A stretch of 32,000 nt of DNA from Acholeplasma laidlawii PG-8A (GTDB taxonomy: Bacteria; Bacillota_I; Bacilli_A; Acholeplasmatales; Acholeplasmataceae). Below the pieces are notes generated by a model. The model had not been told where the DNA came from. It did not search any database and saw only the letters and a list, made by a program, of their open reading frames with translations. The first letter of the stretch is position 1. Each line of letters starts with the position of its first letter. Shown in pieces: positions 1-8,722 of the stretch. The stretch lies in the NCBI RefSeq assembly GCF_000018785.1, contig NC_010163.1:720001-752000 (forward strand), given 5' to 3'. Both the position numbers and the translations under genes were made by a program.

Positions 1-343
1 AAGCGAGCATGTTGCATTTATCGAAAGGGACTTTGGACCTTTTGAAGGTAAGTCAGTGGCAGAAACATTACCATTCATAACTAAACATGATTTTAAGACA
101 AAAGGTTATGAAGATAATGAGGCACTCTTAAAAAGATTAAGTGATGCAGTAAATGATTTATACAAGACACATCAAGGTAAGAAGGTATTACTTGTTGTTC
201 ATGCACATGTAATCAAGTCATTACTTATATTAGCAGACTTTGAAAAGTACGATTACATTACGCATTATGTAGGTAATTCAAGCATCGTATATTTCGATGT
301 TAAACCTGATCAAATATCTGTATTAAATCAAATTGATTTATAG
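1..343 (+). CDS. Histidine phosphatase / phosphoglycerate mutase family protein, 5'-truncated by the window edge
   Basis: The frame is open upstream of the listed GTG at 56 to the edge (SEHVAFIERDFGPFEGKSVAETLP...). The C-terminal VVHAHVIKSLL motif resembles the second catalytic His region. Confidence 0.7.
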   Translation, partial: SEHVAFIERDFGPFEGKSVAETLPFITKHDFKTKGYEDNEALLKRLSDAVNDLYKTHQGKKVLLVVHAHVIKSLLILADFEKYDYITHYVGNSSIVYFDVKPDQISVLNQIDL

Positions 344-353
344 CTAATAATCA

Positions 354-386
354 AAAGGAAACTTGTAAAAAGGGTTTCTTTTTTTT
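354..386 (+). terminator. Rho-independent terminator after the phosphatase gene
   Basis: AAAGGAAAC ... GTTTCTTTT stem with one G-U pair, followed by a T run. Confidence 0.6.
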
Positions 387-423
387 AGAAAAAATATTAA
401 CATACAAAATCAACGATTTCTCA

Positions 424-451
424 TTGACTTTATAAGTTTTTGCAGTAAAAT
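424..451 (+). promoter_or_regulatory. Putative sigma-A promoter for the antiporter gene
   Basis: TTGACT, 16 nt spacer, TAAAAT. The listed TTG start at 451 falls on the -10, which favours the downstream ATG. Confidence 0.5.
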
Positions 452-486
452 TGAGTTTGTATGTACATTATAAGGAGGTTTTGCAA

Positions 487-1812
487 ATGGAAATAGGGTT
501 ATTGTTAACAAAGGTTGCAGTAATTTTATTTGTTGGTTTTATTGGTAGTTTAATTGCTAGAAAATTCAAATTACCAAACGTCTCAGGCTATTTGGTACTT
601 GGTCTACTTATAGGACCATCTCTAGGGCTTATTTTCCCTGGTTATGAAGGTTTTATTACAAGTAGTGACCAAGATGTCTTTGGCTTTATTAGTGAGCTTG
701 CGCTCGCGTTTATTGCTTTTTCAATCGGTAGTGAATTTGCAATTAAAAGAGTGAAGAAAATGGGCAAGGAAATTTCAGTAATTACATTACTAGAAGTTCT
801 AGGTGCAGTATCTTTAGTATTTATAGCTATGCTATTTATTCCAAAACCAGACAGTATGTCCTCAGGGTATAATCCGTTTTCTAATTCCAGCATTGCATTT
901 GCATTAATCTTAGCTTCTATGTCTGCTGCAACAGCTCCAGCTGCTACCTTAATGGTCATGCGTCAATATAGAGCTAATGGTCCAGTATCTAAGGCAATTG
1001 TTCCAATTACAGCTTTAGATGATATCTTTGGCATCATAATCTTTGGATTCTTCTTATCCATTGCACAACTATTACTACCTCAAGGTGATCCACTTCCGGT
1101 ATGGCTAATGATCTCAAAACCATTCATTGAAGTATTTGGGTCATTGATTATTGGGTTAATTATTGGTATTGCTTTATCCTATGGTGCTAAAAAGTTTGAC
1201 AAGATTTCTGATGATATTCAAGTCTTATCATTGATTGCAATATTTGCTACAGTTGGTGGATTAACATTAATGAATCATTACATGAGTGACTTCGGTATTT
1301 CATTCTCACCATTACTAGCAAATATTATGGTAGGTTCTGTTATTGCAAATATTGCACTTAAACCAAATCGTACCTTCCAATCGATTAATGATTTAGCTAC
1401 TCCGTTTTATATTATATTCTTCACATTAGCGGGTGCTTCATTAGACTTAGGTATCTTACGTCAAGATTATTTAATACTAATTATCGCTGCAACCTATATT
1501 ATTGCTCGCGGAAGTGGTAAAATATTAGGTACAATGGCTGGTGCTCAAATGGTCAACTCACATCCAAACGTTAAGAAGTATTTAGGTTTTGCACTTCTAC
1601 CTCAAGGTGGTGTATCTATTGGGTTACTCACTATTGTTGCTGTGCAGATGACTCAACTATATCCTATAATAGCTGCAGTTATTATGTTATCTGTATTAGT
1701 ATATGAAACAATGGGACCTGTTTTTGCTAAATACTCACTCACTAAATCTGATGAGTTATATGGTCTTGATAAACTTAATGAATCTATGTTCGAAGAAGAT
1801 ACAGAAAATTAA
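487..1812 (+). CDS. Kef-type / CPA2 monovalent cation:proton antiporter, integral membrane
   Basis: Many hydrophobic helices and Na+/H+ exchanger-like sequence (LPNVSGYLVLGLLIGPSLG). An AAGGAGG site lies upstream of ATG 487, so the 451 start in the track is probably too long. Confidence 0.85.
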   Translation: MEIGLLLTKVAVILFVGFIGSLIARKFKLPNVSGYLVLGLLIGPSLGLIFPGYEGFITSSDQDVFGFISELALAFIAFSIGSEFAIKRVKKMGKEISVITLLEVLGAVSLVFIAMLFIPKPDSMSSGYNPFSNSSIAFALILASMSAATAPAATLMVMRQYRANGPVSKAIVPITALDDIFGIIIFGFFLSIAQLLLPQGDPLPVWLMISKPFIEVFGSLIIGLIIGIALSYGAKKFDKISDDIQVLSLIAIFATVGGLTLMNHYMSDFGISFSPLLANIMVGSVIANIALKPNRTFQSINDLATPFYIIFFTLAGASLDLGILRQDYLILIIAATYIIARGSGKILGTMAGAQMVNSHPNVKKYLGFALLPQGGVSIGLLTIVAVQMTQLYPIIAAVIMLSVLVYETMGPVFAKYSLTKSDELYGLDKLNESMFEEDTEN

Positions 1813-1826
1813 TAAGGAGAAAACTT

Positions 1827-2186
1827 ATGGAAGCTTTATTTATAGTATTAAACGACTTAACCTTTATGGATGATATTCTTGATAAATTTATTGAGTTACA
1901 CATTAAAGGTGCAACTATCATTGATTCACAAGGTATGGCGCAAGCAATCATTGAAAAAGATGGTGGTGGACAAGGTTTATTTTCTGGTCCATTCTACAAA
2001 GCTTTAGTAGGGGATCAAAATCATTCAAAAATGATCTTTACTGTATTACCAGAAACATTTGATAAGAAACATGTAATTGCTGAAGTTCGTTCTATTTTAG
2101 AACAATCTAAAAAAGCAGTGATTGGTTTTATGTTTACAATGCCTGTATCCGGTATCTATCCAATTAAATCTACACATCAAGTTTAA
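1827..2186 (+). CDS. PII-like small protein downstream of the antiporter
   Basis: 119 aa with alternating beta/alpha pattern and Gly-rich central loop (DGGGQGLFSGPFYKALVG), immediately downstream of the antiporter. Family call is by pattern. Confidence 0.55.
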   Translation: MEALFIVLNDLTFMDDILDKFIELHIKGATIIDSQGMAQAIIEKDGGGQGLFSGPFYKALVGDQNHSKMIFTVLPETFDKKHVIAEVRSILEQSKKAVIGFMFTMPVSGIYPIKSTHQV

Positions 2187-2201
2187 AAAAATATAAATTA
2201 A

Positions 2202-2237
2202 AAAAATAAGGATTGGCACTGACCAATCCTTATTTTT
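2202..2237. terminator. Bidirectional terminator between convergent genes
   Basis: Perfect 15 bp inverted repeat AAAAATAAGGATTGG-CACTGA-CCAATCCTTATTTTT. Confidence 0.85.
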
Positions 2238-2562
2238 GTATATGATGTGATTTTTTCTTTATGATAGTAACACCGCTGTTCGTTATATATGAGCTGAGTT
2301 TACCTAACTCTTCAATACTAAAATGTGCTCTTTGGAAAGGATCATTTAAATCTGGACCAGATATGGAAACTTCAATTTGTCCCTTTTTTACTCTAGATTT
2401 TCCAATACTCCTAATTTGAGTTAATTTTTTGTATTGATTTGTTGTAGACCCATAACCATGAATAATGACTAATATTTTTTGTCCTATTGTATCAATCGCT
2501 TGTCTTACAATGGATGATGCACTTAAGACATCCAAATCGTGTACATCAATTACTTGAATCAT
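2230..2562 (-). CDS. Small Smr-domain-like protein
   Basis: 110 aa; IDVHDLDVLSA and VIIHGYGS resemble the LDLHG and HGKG motifs of Smr domains. Confidence 0.5.
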   Translation of the reverse strand: MIQVIDVHDLDVLSASSIVRQAIDTIGQKILVIIHGYGSTTNQYKKLTQIRSIGKSRVKKGQIEVSISGPDLNDPFQRAHFSIEELGKLSSYITNSGVTIIKKKSHHIQK

Positions 2563-3380
2563 TTATGTTCGAATCCAGAGTTAATTACATGCATCACCAT
2601 ATCACCAATTTCAGCTGTAGATAAACCTTGATAGTCTTCATGCGTAATTGGTTTATGAATAATGACTTTAATTTTAGTTTTTCTAAATGGTGCACGATGT
2701 TGGATTTCAGAATTTCCAATAATTGTCATAGGTAAGATGGTTGCTTTTGGCTTTACTGCAATTTGGAAAGCACCAGCACGTGTTGCGACTACACTGTCTT
2801 GATCACGGTTTTTACGACCACCTTCAGGAAACACTACCATTGAAAATCCAGCCTCAATATTCTTGATAGTTTCTACTAAAGCTTTAGCGGTTTTTCTTGT
2901 ATCATCCCTGTAAATTGGCATACAATGCATTTGTTTCATACCGTCTTTTAAGATTGGAATTTTATACAATGTAGACTTCGGAGTAAAGGCCATTGGTCTG
3001 TTGATTGCTTGAATTGCAATTACAGGGTCCAAGTAAGACTTATGATTCGTGTAAACAACCATTTTACCGTCTTTTGGCACGTTTTCTTTACCGATAACCT
3101 TGATACTTATGTTAAAGACAAATACGCTTAAAAATCTTGCTAGACTTTGCCAACCATAATATTTATATCGGTTCATAAGTGGTAATTTTTGCCACGCATA
3201 AATATGAATTAAGGCACCAATTATAATTGGTATAAAACCTACTAGATAGCCAAGTAGTACCCAAAGTATAATGTAGTAACCACCGAGTACATAGATGGAC
3301 ATAAGGGTTGAAAAGGTTGCCCAACCAATTAAAAATAAAATTGTAAACATAATATCAAATCTCTTTCTTATATGTTGCAA
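2559..3380 (-). CDS. plsC: 1-acyl-sn-glycerol-3-phosphate acyltransferase (start may be ATG at 3350)
   Basis: NHKSYLD catalytic motif, VFPEGGR motif and N-terminal hydrophobic segments. Confidence 0.85.
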   Translation of the reverse strand: MQHIRKRFDIMFTILFLIGWATFSTLMSIYVLGGYYIILWVLLGYLVGFIPIIIGALIHIYAWQKLPLMNRYKYYGWQSLARFLSVFVFNISIKVIGKENVPKDGKMVVYTNHKSYLDPVIAIQAINRPMAFTPKSTLYKIPILKDGMKQMHCMPIYRDDTRKTAKALVETIKNIEAGFSMVVFPEGGRKNRDQDSVVATRAGAFQIAVKPKATILPMTIIGNSEIQHRAPFRKTKIKVIIHKPITHEDYQGLSTAEIGDMVMHVINSGFEHK

Positions 3381-3825
3381 ATATTAAACTAGGTGCTAAC
3401 TTTTTATCAACTAATTTGTAGCTAGATAAGTCAAAATGGTTGAAGTATACATTACCTTTATGAATGTCTAGTACGTGGGTGATTAATAAATAATCAACAT
3501 AAGGTAAGGTTAGGTTATAAATAACTTTACCACCAATGATCCATAGTTCATCTTTATAGTTTTTAACAAAATCCACTACATCTGTGATGCATTCTGCATC
3601 ATCATAAGCCGTATCAATGAGGTTAGCTACATAAATTTTACCGTATGGAAAAGGTTTATCTTTATAATAACCTTTCAGTGATTTATAAGTTAAATCACCC
3701 ATTAATACAGTTTTACCTTTAGTTTTTTCTTTAAAATACGCCAAGTCTTCTTTATAGTGCCAAGCAAGCTTATTATCTTGACCTATAAGCCAATTGACAT
3801 CCATTGCCCAAATTGCGTAAATCAT
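3355..3825 (-). CDS. folA: Dihydrofolate reductase
   Basis: Typical DHFR N-terminus ([24 protein letters not shown]) and ELWIIGG motif; ATGA overlap with thyA. Confidence 0.93.
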   Translation of the reverse strand: MIYAIWAMDVNWLIGQDNKLAWHYKEDLAYFKEKTKGKTVLMGDLTYKSLKGYYKDKPFPYGKIYVANLIDTAYDDAECITDVVDFVKNYKDELWIIGGKVIYNLTLPYVDYLLITHVLDIHKGNVYFNHFDLSSYKLVDKKLAPSLIFATYKKEI

Positions 3826-4688
3826 ACAGCAACCACGCCTTTAATTGGCGGATATGGATCATAACCTACAAGTTCAAAGTCTTCATATTTGAAGTCTTCA
3901 AGTCTTGTAATCGATTTATTGATTTTTAATATTGGTAAACGTCTTGGCGTTCTTGTAAGTTGTAAGTTAATTTGATCAAAATGATTTGTATAAATATGTG
4001 CATCTCCAATGGTATGTACAAAACTACCTAATTCAAATCCAGTTACTTGTGCAACCATCATTAAAAATACAGCATAAGATGCAATATTAAATGGAATGCC
4101 TAAGAATACATCACCACTACGTTGGTATAGTTGTAAGGACAACTTGTTATCTACAACATAAAATTGAATTAATGTATGACATGGAGGTAACATCATTTGA
4201 CCGATTTCTGCTGGATTCCACGCAGATAAAACCATACGTCTGGAATCTGGGTTTGTTTTTAGTGTATTAATAATATATTCAATTTGATCTACACCATTAA
4301 AATTACGCCACTGGGAACCATAAACAGGGCCTAAATCACCCCATTTTTTAGCAAACTCATCACTTTGACGAATTTTATCTGAGAATTCCTTAATGGATTC
4401 TCCTTGATATTCTGAAGAATTCATATAATTTTTATATGGCCAGTCCGTCCAGATGCCAACATTATTATCTACAAGATACTTGATGTTGGTATCCCCTTTA
4501 ATAAACCATAATAATTCATGAATAATACCTTTTAAAAATGTCTTCTTAGTGGTTAGGAGTGGAAACCCATCCTTTAAATCGAAGAACATCTGGTAACCAA
4601 AAATTGATTTGGTTCCAGTGCCCGTACGATCTGATTTTAATGTACCATTTTCCATGATATGACGGGCTAAATCTAAATACTGTTTCAT
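3822..4688 (-). CDS. thyA: Thymidylate synthase
   Basis: Start [15 protein letters not shown], catalytic [28 protein letters not shown]. Stop is TGA. Confidence 0.98.
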   Translation of the reverse strand: MKQYLDLARHIMENGTLKSDRTGTGTKSIFGYQMFFDLKDGFPLLTTKKTFLKGIIHELLWFIKGDTNIKYLVDNNVGIWTDWPYKNYMNSSEYQGESIKEFSDKIRQSDEFAKKWGDLGPVYGSQWRNFNGVDQIEYIINTLKTNPDSRRMVLSAWNPAEIGQMMLPPCHTLIQFYVVDNKLSLQLYQRSGDVFLGIPFNIASYAVFLMMVAQVTGFELGSFVHTIGDAHIYTNHFDQINLQLTRTPRRLPILKINKSITRLEDFKYEDFELVGYDPYPPIKGVVAV

Positions 4689-4704
4689 AATACACTCCTA
4701 GTTT

Positions 4705-6081
4705 TTATTTTGCGAGTTCGTAAAGACTTTCTGTATAAATTGCTAGAGCTTTCATTAAGTCATCAATATCAATAAACTCATCTTTTTGGTGAATATATGT
4801 AGGTTTATCAATGAAATGTGGTCCAAATGCTACAACATTTTCTGTTGCTCTTGCAAATGTACCGCCACCAATTGAAATTGGAGGAGTCATGTCATTGGTA
4901 TGTTTTTGATATACCTTCATTAATGTTTTAATTAATGTTGAATTTGGGTCTTTGTATAATAATTTTTGATGATGATCAACATCTAAACCAAATCCTTCAG
5001 GTAATAGATTTGCAATCTTTTCAAATACATCTTTATCATAGTTGACGCCATTAGGGTATCTTAAGTTTAATACAAGTTCAAATTGGTTGTTATCAGTACT
5101 TGCTAAACCAAAGTTCACTGTTAAGTCGCCCATTTCTTTATCTTTATAAGCAACACCTAATTTTTTACCTAAATTATCAAATGTTAAATATTTAGTAGCA
5201 AAATTTACTAATTCATTTTCAACACCTGCAAATTTTAGTGCTTCAAATAAAATGTGTAATGCATTCACACCATCATCTGGAAGCGATCCATGTGCTGATT
5301 TACCAAATGTTTCAAGTACTAATACATCATTTTCTAATTTAGCTTGGCCTTTGAAGTTATTTTTTTCTAGGTAATCTAAAAATCTATGTTTAATTACTAA
5401 ATCAGGTTTTACATGCGCTTTAGCACTTTCTGGTACCATATTTGCACGTAAGCCACCCTCTACTTTGTATAGGATGTCATTATTGAACTGACCTCTAATA
5501 ATGGTCATAGTAATACCTTTTTCAGCATAGATTAAAGGAAAATCTGCATCTGGGATAAAACCTGCAATTGGAGCTTGTGGATACTTATTAAAGTAGTAAT
5601 CAACACATTTCCAACCTGATTCTTCATCAAGTCCTAAAATCAGTTTAATACGTGTTTTAAGTTCTACACCTAATTCTTTTAATATCTTCATACCATAATA
5701 AACAGCCATTGTAGGTGCTTTATCATCTTCAGCACCACGTGCATAAATCTTATTATCATGGATTTCGGCACCATAAGCTGGATAAGTCCAACCAGTACCT
5801 GCTGGGACAACGTCTAAGTGACCAATGGAACCAATATATTCTTTGGAATCACCATATTCAATGTGTCCTGCATAACCATCAACGTTTTCAAACTTGAAAC
5901 CATCACGTTTAGCTAAATTAAGCATAAACTCCAATGCTTGCTTATTGCCTTCTCCAAATGGTGCACCCACTCTATTTGGATCAAAAGTTGTTAACTCAGA
6001 ATTAATTCTTAACAACTCTTGAGTATCTTTAATAAATTGGTCCTTATATTTTAGGGCCAATGCTTTAAAATCTATTGACAT
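4705..6081 (-). CDS. pepV: Dipeptidase PepV-like, M20 metallopeptidase family
   Basis: GSIGHLDVVPAGTGW, DEESGWKC, GGGTFARA motifs; 458 aa. Confidence 0.9.
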   Translation of the reverse strand: MSIDFKALALKYKDQFIKDTQELLRINSELTTFDPNRVGAPFGEGNKQALEFMLNLAKRDGFKFENVDGYAGHIEYGDSKEYIGSIGHLDVVPAGTGWTYPAYGAEIHDNKIYARGAEDDKAPTMAVYYGMKILKELGVELKTRIKLILGLDEESGWKCVDYYFNKYPQAPIAGFIPDADFPLIYAEKGITMTIIRGQFNNDILYKVEGGLRANMVPESAKAHVKPDLVIKHRFLDYLEKNNFKGQAKLENDVLVLETFGKSAHGSLPDDGVNALHILFEALKFAGVENELVNFATKYLTFDNLGKKLGVAYKDKEMGDLTVNFGLASTDNNQFELVLNLRYPNGVNYDKDVFEKIANLLPEGFGLDVDHHQKLLYKDPNSTLIKTLMKVYQKHTNDMTPPISIGGGTFARATENVVAFGPHFIDKPTYIHQKDEFIDIDDLMKALAIYTESLYELAK

Positions 6082-6121
6082 ATATCATCATCTCCTTGTT
6101 AAATATTCTATCATTTATATC

Positions 6122-6145
6122 AAAAAAACTCTATCAAATAGAGTT
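6122..6145 (-). terminator. Rho-independent terminator overlapping the stop of the 6134-6901 gene
   Basis: Minus strand AACTCTAT-TTG-ATAGAGTT followed by TTTTT. Confidence 0.75.
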
Positions 6146-6901
6146 CTTTTGTTCAATATATTCATTATACGCTTCTTCAAGACTTTCGTAACTATCTACA
6201 TAATCTTTTAGATAATTAAATAAATCAGAATCAATCGGCTTAAATGGACTTTTAGCCATATCGATGTCATCTTGAATATAGTATAGATATTTCATTCTTC
6301 CATGTTCTTGATAAAAACCTCTTGGATAGACTCTATCTACACCAGTATATTTCTTTGCAATTAATCTAGATTTAGAAGTATGTAATTCATAAACATGCTT
6401 AGTTTTATTACCTACAACTAATACATAAGTAAATTTCTTTTTATAACCTAAACTAATGATTGCACTAAATACGATTAAAGCTAGTACACCAGTTACAGAA
6501 ATACTCCATATATTTTCAGCATCAAATGCTGATAACAAACCATCCATGACTGCTAATCCAGCACCAAACATTAGAATGATAAATACGCTCCATAATGCAA
6601 TGAGTACTCGGTTAAAAATAGCTACAAAAAATAGTGAGGTTCTAGCATCGTCATGAAGAACATAATGTTTTATGATACTGTTTACAGAAAAGTGCAAAGG
6701 TAATAAGAATAAGTAAGGTAATCCTAAAGAAATCAAATCCAGGGTATAAAGCCCTTTAAAATGGTAATAAATGAGTGATATAGCTACGATAGCAAAGATT
6801 GCATACGTAGAGAGTGTAATCCAAATCTTTCTAGGACCACAGATAACATATAGTAAACCCATTGTAAATAATGCAGCGAGAAGTAATGTCCAAAATATCA
6901 A
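6134..6901 (-). CDS. Membrane protein of unknown function, multiple TM helices plus about 100 aa soluble C-terminal region
   Basis: Hydrophobic N-terminal two thirds, charged tail; AAGGAGG lies upstream of the TTG start. Confidence 0.7.
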   Translation of the reverse strand: MIFWTLLLAALFTMGLLYVICGPRKIWITLSTYAIFAIVAISLIYYHFKGLYTLDLISLGLPYLFLLPLHFSVNSIIKHYVLHDDARTSLFFVAIFNRVLIALWSVFIILMFGAGLAVMDGLLSAFDAENIWSISVTGVLALIVFSAIISLGYKKKFTYVLVVGNKTKHVYELHTSKSRLIAKKYTGVDRVYPRGFYQEHGRMKYLYYIQDDIDMAKSPFKPIDSDLFNYLKDYVDSYESLEEAYNEYIEQKNSI

Positions 6902-6953
6902 ATGAGCTCGCCTCCTTTTTATTTACTTAATTATACCATATTTTCGTTATAGA

Positions 6954-7298
6954 TTAACTATTTAGATCCGCACTATATTCTTCAATTTCTCTTGGTAAAA
7001 ATATAACATGTTCTGCAATAATATTGACGTTTGCTCTATTTTTATCTTGATCATCTATCCATTTACTAACCTCTAAACGTCCTTTAATAGCAATCCCCAT
7101 ACCTTTTCTAAAGTAATCTTGAGCACGTTTGTGATTTTGCTCAAATAATGCAACTCTAAAATAATCTGTATCATAATTACCATCATAATTCTTATAAGGT
7201 CTCATCACAGATACTCTTAAATCTGTATATTTTACACCATTATCACTTTCTTTTGGGTCAAAGCTGACAACCCTTCCTATGAGGTTTACAAATGTCAT
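6954..7298 (-). CDS. Short single-stranded DNA-binding-like protein
   Basis: MTFVNLIGRVVSFDPKESDNGVKYTDLRVSV... is OB-fold SSB-like. An AAAGGAGA site precedes ATG at 7298, so the 19 aa extension in the track is unlikely. Confidence 0.75.
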   Translation of the reverse strand: MTFVNLIGRVVSFDPKESDNGVKYTDLRVSVMRPYKNYDGNYDTDYFRVALFEQNHKRAQDYFRKGMGIAIKGRLEVSKWIDDQDKNRANVNIIAEHVIFLPREIEEYSADLNS

Positions 7299-7394
7299 AC
7301 AAAAATCTCCTTTTTCTTTTAATGTAACATAATGTATAAGTATTAAAAAACACAACTTTTATATATTAAATATCATATTGGTATTGATTATAAA

Positions 7395-7424
7395 GAAAAA
7401 AGACAACCCAAATTAGGTTGTCTT
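7395..7424 (-). terminator. Terminator downstream of the yfmH-like gene
   Basis: Minus strand AAGACAACC-TAATTTG-GGTTGTCTT followed by TTTTT. Confidence 0.8.
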
Positions 7425-7452
7425 CAAGCATTTTTGATTTATTGATGAATAT

Positions 7453-8722
7453 TTATCTATTTTGGTCATTTTTAATAAAATGTGAGAAGCTAAACATGTC
7501 TTTTGTGATAGATGACTTAAAATTGAGTATATCTTCATAAGTGATTTCGTCTAATAGGGTAAATGCTTCTTCTAGACTAATACCATTAAGTTGATATTTA
7601 CCATATAGGAATAATCGATTTTCAATATCATCTAAGGCCATCATAAAGTGGCCTAAATAGGCTTTTTTAAGGGCGATAAACGCCTCTTTTGTTAAATCCT
7701 TATCATCTGTATTAAAAAACTGTTCGAGTACATGTTCTTTTAAATCAAAACTATGATCAGATTCCACATCCATCATAAAGATTAATGTTTCATCTTCCAA
7801 GATTAAGTTGAAATTAAAGCCATCAATCATCAGCTTTAAATCACTCATATGTTCTTGGAAATTTGTACTTGTATCATAAAGCAAACGCATTAAGAATAAC
7901 ATGTAAAGTTCAGTCTTAAATAAGATTTTTTCATCTTTTGTATCTAAAATATGCTTAATACCCATATTAAAGACACCAACATTCATTTTAAGATGATAGA
8001 TTTCTTTCTGTTGATTTAATGTTTTTTGGTTCCTCATTATCTAAAATGAGGGGATGTTTAGTTGCAGTAATTGGAGACTTATAATTTAGTAATGCATGTT
8101 TAAATTGTTCAACATCAATTGGACCTAAGATGAGTAATTGACGTTTATCTGATGTATAAAAGTGGTCAAATACACGTTGTAGGTCTTTTGCAGAAATGTT
8201 GGAAATCTCAGATTTTCTACCAGTAATTTCATACTTAATTGGGTGTTCATAAATTAATTGATCAAACATCTTTTTTTGAACAATGGTATCAATTTCATCA
8301 TCATACATCGCAATTTCTTCATTGATGATTGATTTTTCTGCCTGGACACGTTCTCCTGTAAAGTTCGTTGTCTCTAGCATTTCTAATAAATATAGAGTAG
8401 CTTCAAGCATATTTTTATGACCTATTACGCCATAGGTTGTTTGACGATAGGTTGTCATTGCATTAGCAATCACACCTAACTTATGAAAATGCTCAAAGGC
8501 ATCATGATCTTTCATCATATACATCATATGCTCTAGAAAGTGCGCAATACCTGGTTTTAGTGGATATGTTTTGTTACCGATTTTATATGAAGTGTGAATA
8601 GAACCTAATGGTACATCGTATTCTACATAAGTTTGTAGCGTTGGTGCATAGATAAGTTCTACATTCAGACCGTTTTTAAGTTTAAATTTAACAGGTTTAT
8701 CATTAAACCCATTAAACTTCAT
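7453..8722 (-). CDS. M16 family peptidase, YfmH-like, in two frames (disrupted or frameshifted gene)
   Basis: Track ORFs 7988-8737 (with HFLEH zinc motif) and 7453-8037 are N- and C-terminal portions in different frames. Likely start is ATG 8722 after GGAGGTG. Confidence 0.8.

Noticed and set aside
642-959. 105 aa minus-strand ORF inside the antiporter gene
   Set aside because: Antisense to a confident membrane protein gene, no RBS or motifs.
7299-7355. N-terminal extension MCFLILIHYVTLKEKGDFC on the SSB-like ORF
   Set aside because: A good RBS (AAAGGAGA) directly precedes the internal ATG at 7298 and the extension resembles no SSB N-terminus.
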